Shown one piece after another: positions 51,692-64,000 of a DNA stretch of 64,000 nucleotides (positions are counted from its first letter, which is position 1; each line of letters begins with the position of its first letter). A model generated the notes under the pieces. That model did no database searches and was not told the DNA's origin. It worked only from the letters and a program-made list of their open reading frames with translations. The DNA comes from Octopus sinensis (lineage: Eukaryota). The stretch lies in the NCBI RefSeq assembly GCF_006345805.1, contig NC_043001.1, forward strand, positions 131,750,001 to 131,814,000. Reading direction: 5' to 3'. Made by a program: the position numbers and the translations under genes.

Positions 51692-52799
51692 CATTGTTTT
51701 TGCTATCTACATTCCAACTATGGAGCTGTGTATCTTTATTAGAAACTAGCTCTTTCTTCGGAGAAAGAATTTGAATAATTCAAAACAGAAGAGAAGAAAG
51801 ATACATACATATAAGCGAAGAGCTTTCACATAATTTTTATCTCCCAAATTCCACCACTCAAAGGTATTGATCAACTCAAAACTATGGTGTTGCACAATGG
51901 AAGCGAATCCCAAACAATATGGTTGAATGCCAAACTTCTTAACCATACAGCTATACATGATAGATGGTTTATATTGTAAGTTAGTAATTAATGTCAGCAG
52001 ATCGTTAATTAAAATAATATGATTTGATAAGAACACATGTGCCGTAATGAATCTCTTGTTTACATCTCCAATAAAGCATATGCATTTGACAGCTATGAAG
52101 AATTTAATATTTTTGGTTCTTTGAGATTGTTTACTTCCTTTGTTTCAAGATTTAGTTAGGCACATATGTAAATCAGTATGTTTTTAATAAGTTTAATGGA
52201 ATATACAATCCAAAAGCCGATTACCTGCTTTTAATTCGAATTTTAAAAAATTATAAATTAAAATGCGATAAGCTTTGAAACAAAAAGGTTGAATAGAAAA
52301 AGAAAATATTAAAAACGAAAAACGAAAACGATGAAAAATTAAAATTATATATATTCAAAATAATGGTGTCACATGCTCCAGAATTTGTGCCATGTGCCAG
52401 TTGTCACTTCGTCGCTTTGAGACGAATACCAGTGAGAAACTATATCCAACTTCAAAGACTTATCAGTTTTTCAAAATTTTAATTTCTTTATTTGCACACT
52501 CACATCGCAGCATTTTTTCTTGGAAACTAATGGCCTCTATAGTAATCGAAAAGACAGTCTGAAGATGTTTGACATACACCACACTAATACACAGATAACC
52601 CAGTGTCTTACTCTTTCATCAGTATCATCGTCGTCGTCGTCGTCACCATCATCACAAATATCACCATCACTGTCACCACAAGACAAACAGCTTCAGGAAG
52701 AAATGAGAAATGATTTTGAAAGAAGGGTACATCATACCTCTGAAAACTTTCCTCTTCAGTTAGTCAACGAATGAAGATATTTTTATCTTCCTCGATGTA

Positions 52800-54137
52800 C
52801 AGTACCGTGCAAAGGTCTTCAACCACTTTAAACTATTGTAAATTTTTACTGATTGCCAACTTCCAAGTGGATGTTTCGCATTGCGTTTTTTACAGCTGAA
52901 ACGTTGGCCCTGTTGGAGTCATTTTCATACCTGATCACTATATTTTGTAGTAGAGGTTCTGAATGAGCGGAGAAGATGCGAGATGACCACCAAAAATGAC
53001 CGTACAAAAGCTTTCGGTCACCTCACATAAACCAATCAAGATACAGTGTTTTAAAATAGAAAAATATCTATAATGCATATCTATAACATAATGTTCATTT
53101 CAAGAAGTTACTGCACATTGTTAATATTTCGTGTGGCTTCCCTTAGCTTGAATAATTGCGCCAATGCACCTGGGAAGAGATGCGTACAAATCCTTCACCA
53201 TCTTCACAGGTATGAGATGCCATTCTCTGTGACTGAGTTCCCACAGCTCTTTAAGACTGCGTGGATTCTTATGACGAACTTTTCTCTTTAGCTCTGTTCA
53301 CATTTGCTCGATGATATTTAAGTTAGGGCTCTGAGCTGGCCAATCTTTCAATACGGTACCACCTTCATCAGCCAGACTTTATTGTGTTGCATGCGATCTG
53401 TGGCAATGAGCTCTGTCATGCTGAAAAATCTGACCTTCATCCAAGTCTGGTATCAAATTGTCCTTCAGCAACTAAAGAATTTATAAGAAGGCCTTCAGGA
53501 AAGCAAAACGACTCATGTTACACGAAGAAACAGTGAAGTTTGAGGGTAAGAGTCTGATGCTTTGGGGATACATAGAAAGTGATGGTTCAAGAAAGTTGGT
53601 TAAAATTGACTGTAACTTGAATAGTGCCGAATACATCCAGAACGAAAGAGAAGAGTTCGTCAGAAGAATCTAGGCAATCTTGAAGAGTTGTGGGAGCTCA
53701 GCCACAGAGAATAGCATCTCGTAATCTCATACCTGTGAAGATGGTGAAGGATTTGTACACATCTCTTCCCAGGTGCATTGAAACAATTATTCAAGCTGAG
53801 GGAAGCCACACGAAATATTAACAATGTACAGTAGCTTCTTGAAATGAACAATATGTTATAAATTTCCTTTATAGACATTTTTGTTTTAAAACACTGTATC
53901 TTGATTAATTTATGTGAGGTGGCCGAAAGCTTTTGCATGATTATTTTTGGTGGTCGTCTCACATCTTCTCTGCTCATTCAGAACCTCTACTACAAAATAT
54001 AGTGATTAGGCATGAAAATGACTCCAACAGGGCCAATGTGTTATCTGTAAAATACGCAATGCAAAATATCCACTTAGTTGGCAATTAGTAGAAATTTACT
54101 ATAGTTTAAAGTGGTCGAAGACTTTTGCACGGCATTG
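52800..54137. mobile_element. Rearranged Tc1-like transposon with ~490-bp inverted arms
   Basis: TA|CAGTaccgtgcaaa...tttgcacggcATTG|TA; transposase remnants TVKFEGKSLMLWG (+) and FQHDRA, WPAQSPNLNIIEQM (-). Confidence 0.9.
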
Positions 54138-55440
54138 TACAAAGACAAAATGGCTACCGCTATTGGGTAACAATAACAAATGAAGTACGCAAAATAGTAG
54201 GTGACAACAAAGCAAATAACATCATCACTACAACTGCCGCAACAAAAGCCAAGAGTGAAAAACAACACCGCTACGACAACGAATATTGCTGCTGACTCTA
54301 TCACTACCACCACTTCCACTACTACCATGACGCCCAGAGCAGTAGCAGTAGTGGTTAATAAAGAAATAAGTACCAATACCACAAAGACATCATCCTTCGA
54401 GAAAGCAATAAATAGGATCCAGATTTCTATGGTGGACAAAAATACCAATTGAAAACGTTATAGTGAGTTAGTCACTACTTCAAAGGTTGTTGGTATAACA
54501 CAATGGAATGTTCACAGTCTAGTTGAAGTGACAACGTCGGCAGTGGTAGCTCACTGATAACTGTGTCTGTGTGTTCGTTCAATAGTAATTGGTATACAGA
54601 GACAGACGGACTGAACTCAACTTGTTCAATATCAAAGTTTATTCACAGCAGTAGGTTACGTGCAATGTAAATGTCTTGTATAAGATTTCTGTAAAAAAGT
54701 AAGTTGTGGTTTATAGGGGTGTCTATAGTGTGACAGCGGTGAATGAACGCGTGGAGACATTAGATGTATTTTGTGTATATAGAAAGAGACTTGATTGAAA
54801 TGTTTCTAGAATACACGTGACATTGAATTTGGTCGATACTGCTGGCGAACGTGGACGAAAAATTGTTGTGAGAGACATCAACGCAAATGCGATCGAACCA
54901 ATCTACAAACCGGGAGCTCTTATAGAAACGAAGTGAAGAAACTCAATTAAACATGGCCGCAACCACATTTATATAAGTGACAATCGGACGTGGTAGAAGG
55001 AACCTGTATATTCGGCTAATCACAGACCGAAAAGAGCTGTAAGCTTACTGTGTCGTTTGAGCCTACTTTGAGATTAAAAATGTATGTATTAAACTAATGC
55101 TAGTACAGACATCCTACAAGGTGCTGAAGATTTAGTAAAAAAAAATCTGTCAACAGAGAGCTACTTTACAAGTAAGCCCACAGCTCATTGAGAAGCCTAC
55201 CATTAAAAAGACGACCAGTAGTTTACAGGTATGGATCAGTAAAACCCGACGGGTGAAAATGGCTACATACACACGCACACACACAAGTAGAAAGGTGCTA
55301 GTAAGAAACATTGGCAAATATAGACTTATGGCCCAACAATTCAGTGCTTGAAATACAATTTCTCAAAGAGGTCCTTGCAGTTAAGCATTCCACTCTTCAC
55401 CGTAGGAGCGAAGAATTTGTTCTCATTCTCACTTATCTTT

Positions 55441-55662
55441 TTACCCTTTCGATACCAACCCGCCTGAGTTCGCTCTTGCTTTTACGATGCACACTTTATG
55501 TTTTAAGGTGATCTAAATGATGATTGTCATTCAAATTTCTACGTTAATATTATGTTCCAAACATTAGATTAATAGTGACAGTTATTTCACTAAATTCTTC
55601 GTTATTTTCCAAATCAATTGAAATAAAAGCAGTGTATTTTAAGTGGAATATGGTAACAAAGA
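55441..55662. mobile_element. piggyBac-like MITE remnant
   Basis: Ends ttaccctttcgatacc / ggtaacaaag are degenerate inverted repeats. Confidence 0.4.
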
Positions 55663-56109
55663 CAAACTGTGAGTGTGAAAATAGCCCTCACTTCTTTCGA
55701 CACTACAAACAGAACAACCACAGTACTAACAACACCGTGAAAACATACGTTCAGGAGCAGTTACAACAAACGCAAACACTATTCAGTCTACACCCAAACC
55801 AACAATAAAAAGAAAACCCACAAAGCCAAAAAAGAAACATAAATTATACGACTAGAGACACAAAGAATTAACGAATCATATTCATCAACGCTCAAACTAT
55901 ACACAATGAATACTTCACACCAAAAAATAAATAAATAGATAACTTATTAACACACAAAACTCAAAAACAACGCCGGAAACAACAAACTAAAAACAAGATA
56001 TTCTGACGGAATGCAAGATTTCCGAGGCCAATTAACGAACTGATACAAGTGAAAATATTCACACCTAACCAGAAGAATGGGTCACCGATCTTTCCGGTGG
56101 AATAGGTAA

Positions 56110-56880
56110 TGGCCCTTTTCATTTTTCCCATTTTAACCAAAATAGACGCTGTGAATGCATGTAGCCAGAAGTCACCTTGGAAGCAAGACCATCTGCTTAA
56201 TGACTTCTGGTTACTAAGCAGAGAAGTGGTGGCTATCAGCGAAACTAGAACTTAGACACGAACCTCCGCTCTTTTGAAGTGCTCGAGTCTCCAATTGGCC
56301 AGTATCAGGAATAATTCTGGGGCATGGTTTGGTCCGCATTTCCGTAGAAAACAAAATGGGATAAGGTGGCGAGCAGGGTAGCCTAACACAGAAATGGAAC
56401 GATAGGAAGCTATCTCTGAAAGGTCGGACAGGAGTGTCGAATACCTACATCGCCTCTGTCATCTATTATCACCTGACTATTATGTCTTGCCCCAGGTGAC
56501 GTCTTATCGAACAGGAGTGTCTGCCTTCCACTTTCTGTAGAAGGGACATGTTCAACTGATCAGTCATCCCTTTTATTGTCAACACTCGTTGCGAGGATAA
56601 CTAGACATGCCGTGACTGATGATGCGAAAGTATCTGCTAGGACTGTGATATATATACGATGTTTGACAGTGAACAAGTGGTGGTCACTGTTTGTATGGTG
56701 CGTTGTTTTCCATAGCTCTTCTCTTTGACCGAGCTATAGTTCTAGAAAGCGTAGCCCGATCGCTTGGCATTTGAAACGTGAAGCACTCACAGCACTACAA
56801 GTTGGGTAATGCAAACATGGAAGTTCAACATTGGTATTCTTTGGAAGATTATTGTTGATGATACTTTTCGGCGGATCGAC
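56110..56880 (+). pseudogene. L1/Tx1-like LINE remnant with large internal deletion
   Basis: APE N-terminus-like AVNACS...EVVAISETR joined to post-RT ILGAWFG...QKWNDRKLSLKGR...NTYIASVIYY. Confidence 0.6.
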
Positions 56881-56924
56881 AACGCGAGTTACAATTCCAG
56901 TCTCTTACAGTATTTTAGTTAGCA

Positions 56925-57640
56925 TTTAAGTCTTGTGCCAAGTGTACCAATTCTCACAGACATAGCTGTTGTCTTAATCTACTAGTTTCCTCAGTACCCT
57001 GGCTAGATCCTGATCCTGATATTTCTCAATTTTTTTTCAATTTCTTTGGTATTGTCTCTGTTATCATAGAGAATTGTAAAATTCATGATCTTAAACTGTT
57101 TGTTTATTTTGCCCTCTATAATCATATCTGTTCTTTTTGCTTCAATAGTATGGTCAGTTTTTGTGGGTAAGAACCACAAGTTACTGTAATTCCCATTTTC
57201 TATCACAGCTTCTAGTTCATGTTCGTACCACTTTTCTGTCATTTTGAAATACATACTCGATTAACATTCCAATATACTCTTTTGCTTACATAGTCAAACC
57301 TGCGTTTATACTCCCTTTTGCGCGCCTATATACCTTTTGTATACTGCACAACACACACACAAGACGATTGATACTTTCGTCTCCTTTCCTGCAGATTCTA
57401 CGTTTGCTGTCTGACTGAGTTTTGTTAATCTTTGCCGTTATCATATTTGTTCTTGTAGCTTGTTCCTTAGCAGCTAAAATTAACGGGTCGGTCTCTCGTA
57501 TCAAGTTCCAGTCCGTCAAACAGAGCCAGCAATCTTTACTTCCAAGATTCTCGATTTGTTGCATGAATTGACCATGTAGGTCCGTTTCTTTCTACTTCTT
57601 TGTTCTGTTGTTCTTCTTTTTCTCTTTGAATTTTCCTACC
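56925..57640 (-). pseudogene. Second R4/Dong-like REL retrotransposon C-terminal fragment
   Basis: HGQF...ETDPLILAAKEQATRTN...(C)RICRKGDESIN; KWYEHELEAVIEN..LW....TDHTIEAKRTDMII...KEIEK. Confidence 0.8.
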
Positions 57641-57675
<35 letters not shown>

Positions 57676-57706
57676 TATTATTATTACTATTATTATTATT
57701 ATTATT

Positions 57707-58213
57707 GAGTGAGAGAGCAGTGCATGCCATCAAAGTGACACTGGGGTAAAATATACGAAGCCCAGTATACCCATCATGACTACCCATCTGATAAGGGTAC
57801 ACTAGGGACATGCATCACAACCATATGTACTCGACATGATGATCTCATATCAAGATAAACAGCACATGACCTTGCCCAGTTAGAATTTTCTTCTGGTCGA
57901 GTAACCCATCCCGCTCAAAAGGTCACTTAATAAGGGTTGTTTAAGGATGTTGAACGAAACATCCATGTTTACAAAGGTGAATTATCCAAACCTCCAAGAA
58001 TTCCTCTCAACACATGGCTATGATGCTCCCCCACTACTTCTGCTCGTGATCAGAGATGCACATATCGTCAGCCACTAAGAGACATGGTCAACTGGTTAAG
58101 GTCAAACAAATCTGTGGTATTGAGCAGAATATTTGCTGTAGCCCATCTATTATACCAAGACAAAACAATGAACATGATAACACTTCCAATCAGTTAAGAA
58201 CAACTGATTGGAA
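57707..58213 (-). mobile_element. Second copy of the (TTA)n-associated repeat, truncated with terminal fold-back
   Basis: Matches 5630-6145; embedded in (TTA)n on both sides. Confidence 0.85.
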
Positions 58214-59356
<1,143 letters not shown>

Positions 59357-60224
59357 TCTCATATTGACAGAAAGCCAAAAATTTATTTATAAAGAAGGGG
59401 TATATTGTATTCAAGTAATCTCAAAGTATTACCGGTATCTGTTTTATCAATCACCAATTCTCACCCTCACCCTAACCTTTTACACCCTAATCCTCGCCTT
59501 TAACACCCTCAGCTTCACCACCCTACTTTCACCCCCTCACTCCTTCACCTCGCATCCCTCACCTATCAATGAACGAAAATTCCATAGCAGTAGATCTGGC
59601 GAACACATAAGCAGCATGAAAAAATTGATATCAGCATGGTGATAATGATTATGAAAATAATGACAATGATGATAATGACGATGATGATAATAACGATGAT
59701 GATACTGACGATGATGATAATGACGATGATAAGGGTGACGATGGTGTGGAAGAGTAGGAAGATATTAATAAACTTACATAATTGCTCTCATAAAAAAAAA
59801 AACACTAACAAAAATAATGATAATAAATCTAATATAACACCTTCCGTTTGTGTTATGTTCTTTTATATTCTTGTAGGGGTTAGATTCTTTGAAAGTTAAA
59901 TATATCTTGGTAAATCAACCCATCACCATTGCTGTCAATATTGTTATCGATTACCTATTGATTATTGGACTCTCAGATAATTTTCAATTAAGCTATGAGG
60001 TCGATATTATAGCTGAGTACATCTACGCACAAGCACATACATACATACAAATGTATATGACATGCATAGATATGTAAGAACATACATGCAAACGCGTAAT
60101 GGGGGTAGATAGAGAAGTGCGTACATGCATACATACACACAAACACACACACAATATACATGTTTAGATGTTTGTGTGTATATATCTTACCTTTATGCAT
60201 ACGTACATGCATCTTCCCCTAATG

Positions 60225-60273
60225 TATGCATATATGTATGTATATATATATATACATATATATATATATTATA

Positions 60274-60304
<31 letters not shown>

Positions 60305-60341
60305 ATATATGTATATATATATGTATATATATGTATATATA

Positions 60342-60382
<41 letters not shown>

Positions 60383-60507
60383 GTATATATAATATATATA
60401 TATATATATATATTATATGTATATATATGTATATATATATATATATGTATATATATGTATATATAATATATATGTATATATATGTTATATATATGTATAT
60501 ATATATA

Positions 60508-60550
<43 letters not shown>

Positions 60551-61009
60551 TACGGTGTAACTGTGTATGCAAGTCTAAATAGTCTAAATATGTATATGTG
60601 TGTGTGTGTATGTATATGTATGTATGCATGTATGCATGTAAACATATACATACATGCTAATATATATACATACATATGTTGTGTATAAATATATGCATAA
60701 GTAAACGTCTACATGAGTCTATGAGTGTATGCTTAAATATGGGTAGATTCCTCTATCTGCTATTATTTAAAGACTAGAACACAGAGAAAACCGTATAAAC
60801 AACACACTCATAAACACTTGTGCTTACAGACAAAATATATTCATGGATGTATATGTACGTGTGTACGGAAATATTCATTTTAAAAAATTTAAAGAATCAA
60901 GGAAATAATTTTATACACATTTCCACGCATTAATTGCGTAAATGAAGACACTGTACATAAACACAGGCACACATACATATACACACACCACACACACACA
61001 CACACACAC

Positions 61010-61041
<32 letters not shown>

Positions 61042-61179
61042 ATATACACACACATACATATATATATATATACATATATATAATATATATATGTGTATAT
61101 ATACATACACACGCACACACACACATATATATATAATATATACACACATACAGTCATATATATACATGCATATACATAC

Positions 61180-61213
<34 letters not shown>

Positions 61214-61242
61214 CACATATAATATATATATATATGTATATG

Positions 61243-61285
<43 letters not shown>

Positions 61286-61379
61286 TACACATATATATCC
61301 ATATCTAGCCATCCATCTATATATATATATATGACACATATATGCAATCAATACATATATATATATATATCAAGAGAGG

Positions 61380-61400
<21 letters not shown>
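60225..61400. repeat. (TA)n/(CA)n compound microsatellites
   Basis: Direct reading; (TACA)n also at 62241-62530. Confidence 0.9.
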
Positions 61401-61411
<11 letters not shown>

Positions 61412-61600
61412 TGCATTCACACATATCGCACATATTTTAAATATTGGCATATGCTTCTGAGTTTCTGGGGGGTTTTTTTTATGTATGTATGTATGTATGA
61501 GTGTATTTATAGAACAAGAATTTATAGATTAAAAATGATAAAATGAAATCCACACTCATAGACATTCCTGAGTAGGTATACACACAAATGCTCGTGCACG

Positions 61601-61638
<38 letters not shown>

Positions 61639-61802
61639 ACAAATACCTATAATTACTTACGCATAAATATACACATACATAAAACGTTCATTTAGCTAAA
61701 AACTGCAAAACTAAAACTTACAAAAACTACAAAAAACTACAAAATATTATTTAAAAATTCTCAAAAGTTTCAGCTATTATATTTCAGTAGAGAGAAGTGA
61801 AT

Positions 61803-61833
<31 letters not shown>

Positions 61834-62239
61834 AACTCATGTTGTTGTTGTTGTTGTTATCTTTTTTTTTGTTACTATTAATATATAATATTTTAGAAGT
61901 ATTTTTCATGAATGTAATGTTAATATAAATTATGATTTTTCAGATATGTAAATAAAAAGAACTTCTAAAAAAATGATATTTATTTATTTATTCATTTTTT
62001 GCATTTCAAATATTTATTTGATTTTTATCAAATGGATAAATATATATTATTACCACACATTATAGTAGATTAAATAAGGTCTGTTGCTTGAAATTTTGCA
62101 ATCAGAAGTAACGCTGTGCAAGCTTTGTTGAAGGAATAGAAGAACTTTTAAGATCAATGCCGTTCCAGTGGACAGTAACGTAGCAAAGGAAGTAATCTGA
62201 CTGGTTTTCATTCTTCCAGCATCAACATATGCCATGCAC

Positions 62240-62292
<53 letters not shown>

Positions 62293-62547
62293 CATACATA
62301 CATACATACATACATACGTACATACATACATACATATGTACATACATACATACATACGTACATACATACATACATACATACATACGTACATACATATGTA
62401 CATACATACATACGTACATACATACATACATACATACATACATACGTACATACATACATACATGCATACATACATGCGTGCATACATATATACACACACA
62501 CACGCATGCATACATACATGTATACATGCATACGCACATAGAAACAA

Positions 62548-62578
<31 letters not shown>

Positions 62579-62846
62579 AACAACTTATATATAAGGGCTA
62601 AAGAAAATTATTTCAATGCCAATATGCTGATAACAGACTTTTAAATCGTCAATTTCCACATATTATTTACTCGCTACAGAAAAAAACATGAAGAACTGAA
62701 ATCGGGGAAGCCGGCCGATAGAATTTATATATATACATATATATATATTGGCAAAACGGTAAGATAACAAAAGAAAGAAAGAAAGAGACCTCATTATTAT
62801 GTAAATAGAGGAAATTTATCTATAAAATAATATGTTACATTACTCG

Positions 62847-62922
62847 ATAGTCAAGATAAAACTCTGAGCTTCAGATGCCGAAGTGGGAACCCACGACGCC
62901 ATCTCTTCGGTTATCTGGCTAT
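62847..62922 (-). ncRNA. Variant/degenerate type I hammerhead motif
   Basis: Minus strand: atagccagataa CCGAAGA gatggc...ggcatct GAAGc tcaga GTT^ttatcttgactat; long stem I; two core deviations. Confidence 0.5.
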
Positions 62923-63014
62923 TTGAAAACGCTATGAAAAAATACCGTTATACAAAGGGAAATTACTGTGTTATAACTCTGCTTGCCTGCGTATTTATAC
63001 ATCGCTATATATAT

Positions 63015-63047
<33 letters not shown>

Positions 63048-63100
63048 CTATATATATATATATTATATATATATATATATGTATTGTTTGTGGATTAACA

Positions 63101-63168
63101 ACGCTGCCAATGGTTTCATGTTGAAAGAATTTCCACAATCTTCAAACGATCCAATTTGAAATGTGGGA
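63101..63168 (-). ncRNA. Degenerate hammerhead motif
   Basis: Minus strand: cgt TTGAAGA ttgtggaaattctttcaacat GAAAC cattggca gcg. Confidence 0.35.
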
Positions 63169-63241
63169 AATTGCCTCTATTTCGGATGATCGTGCTAAAT
63201 GCAGTGTTGAGCACTTATTCCTAATGTTCAATACTATCGTG

Positions 63242-63290
<49 letters not shown>

Positions 63291-63291
63291 A

Positions 63292-63612
63292 TACTCTGTC
63301 GGTTACGACGAAAAAGGTCCCAGATGATACGACCAACAGAACAGCCTGCTCGTGTAATTAGCGTGCAAGTGGTTGAGCATTCCACGGACACGTGTACCCT
63401 TAACGCAGTTCTCAGGGTGACTCAGCGTGACACAGAGTGTGACGAGGCTGGCCCCTTGAAATACAGGTACTACTCACTTTTGCTAGCTTAGTGGACTGGA
63501 GCAACGGGAAAATAAAGTGTCTTGCTCAAGGACACAACGCGTTGCCGGAAATTGAAATCACGACCTTACGATCATAAGCCGAATATCCCAACCACTAAGC
63601 CGCGCGCCTTCA
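63292..63612 (-). mobile_element. SINE with family D head/CORE and family E 3' half
   Basis: 5' part resembles 11785-11930; 3' part (gtacctgtatttcaa...gtaaccgacagagt) matches 32310-32488. Confidence 0.85.
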
Positions 63613-63718
63613 CGCACACACACACAAGCCCTATCTACCCATTATACATATATACATACACACAGAAGTATACATATGGAATAGAGATGTGCCCAAGATC
63701 CATAGATATTATGAATAA

Positions 63719-64000
63719 TCTTAATATATAAAACTGTAGTTGTGTGAGTGTCTGTCCCCTTCGATTTAGATTCCTAACTACTCCCACATTTTGCGGTGCA
63801 GTTTAACCAAAACCGGGTATCTTATAGTCGTGATTCATATCGAGCACTTCTGGGTATTAGCGCTTGTCTACGACGAGGCTACGATTTTAAAAATAATTTA
63901 CCATCATTTTTTTCCATTTTCATGCATATTTTTTTAAAGGGAAGTAACTCTCTAAAAATGTCTACGATGAGTCAACGATTTAAAAAAAATCTACCATCAT
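63719..64000 (+). mobile_element. Non-autonomous Helitron, runs off the window
   Basis: a|TC start; matches 19120-19355. Confidence 0.85.

Noticed and set aside
59455-59570. Telomere-like ccctaa motifs
   Set aside because: Only scattered degenerate units, not an array.

Overview
AT-rich, microsatellite-dense eukaryotic DNA that is almost entirely repeats. The SINE families and repeat style resemble octopus (coleoid cephalopod) genomes; this assignment is from recall and was not searched. I found no intact host gene, tRNA or rRNA gene, so the window reads as intergenic or deep intronic. The only protein-like ORFs are decayed transposon remnants: Penelope-like GIY-YIG, Helitron helicase, CR1, R4/Dong-like REL elements, L1/Tx1-like, mariner and Tc1. 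These are interleaved with several modular tRNA-derived SINE families and nested MITEs. The main signal is RNA structure. At least seven hammerhead-ribozyme motifs sit in Penelope-like termini, four of them within 2.3 kb, and one lies downstream of a tRNA-like Pol III head. A separate hammerhead-like motif with permuted, pseudoknotted topology and covarying stems recurs in three elements. There is also a tandem array of small H-type pseudoknots. All folds and coordinates were read by eye, and repeat boundaries are approximate.
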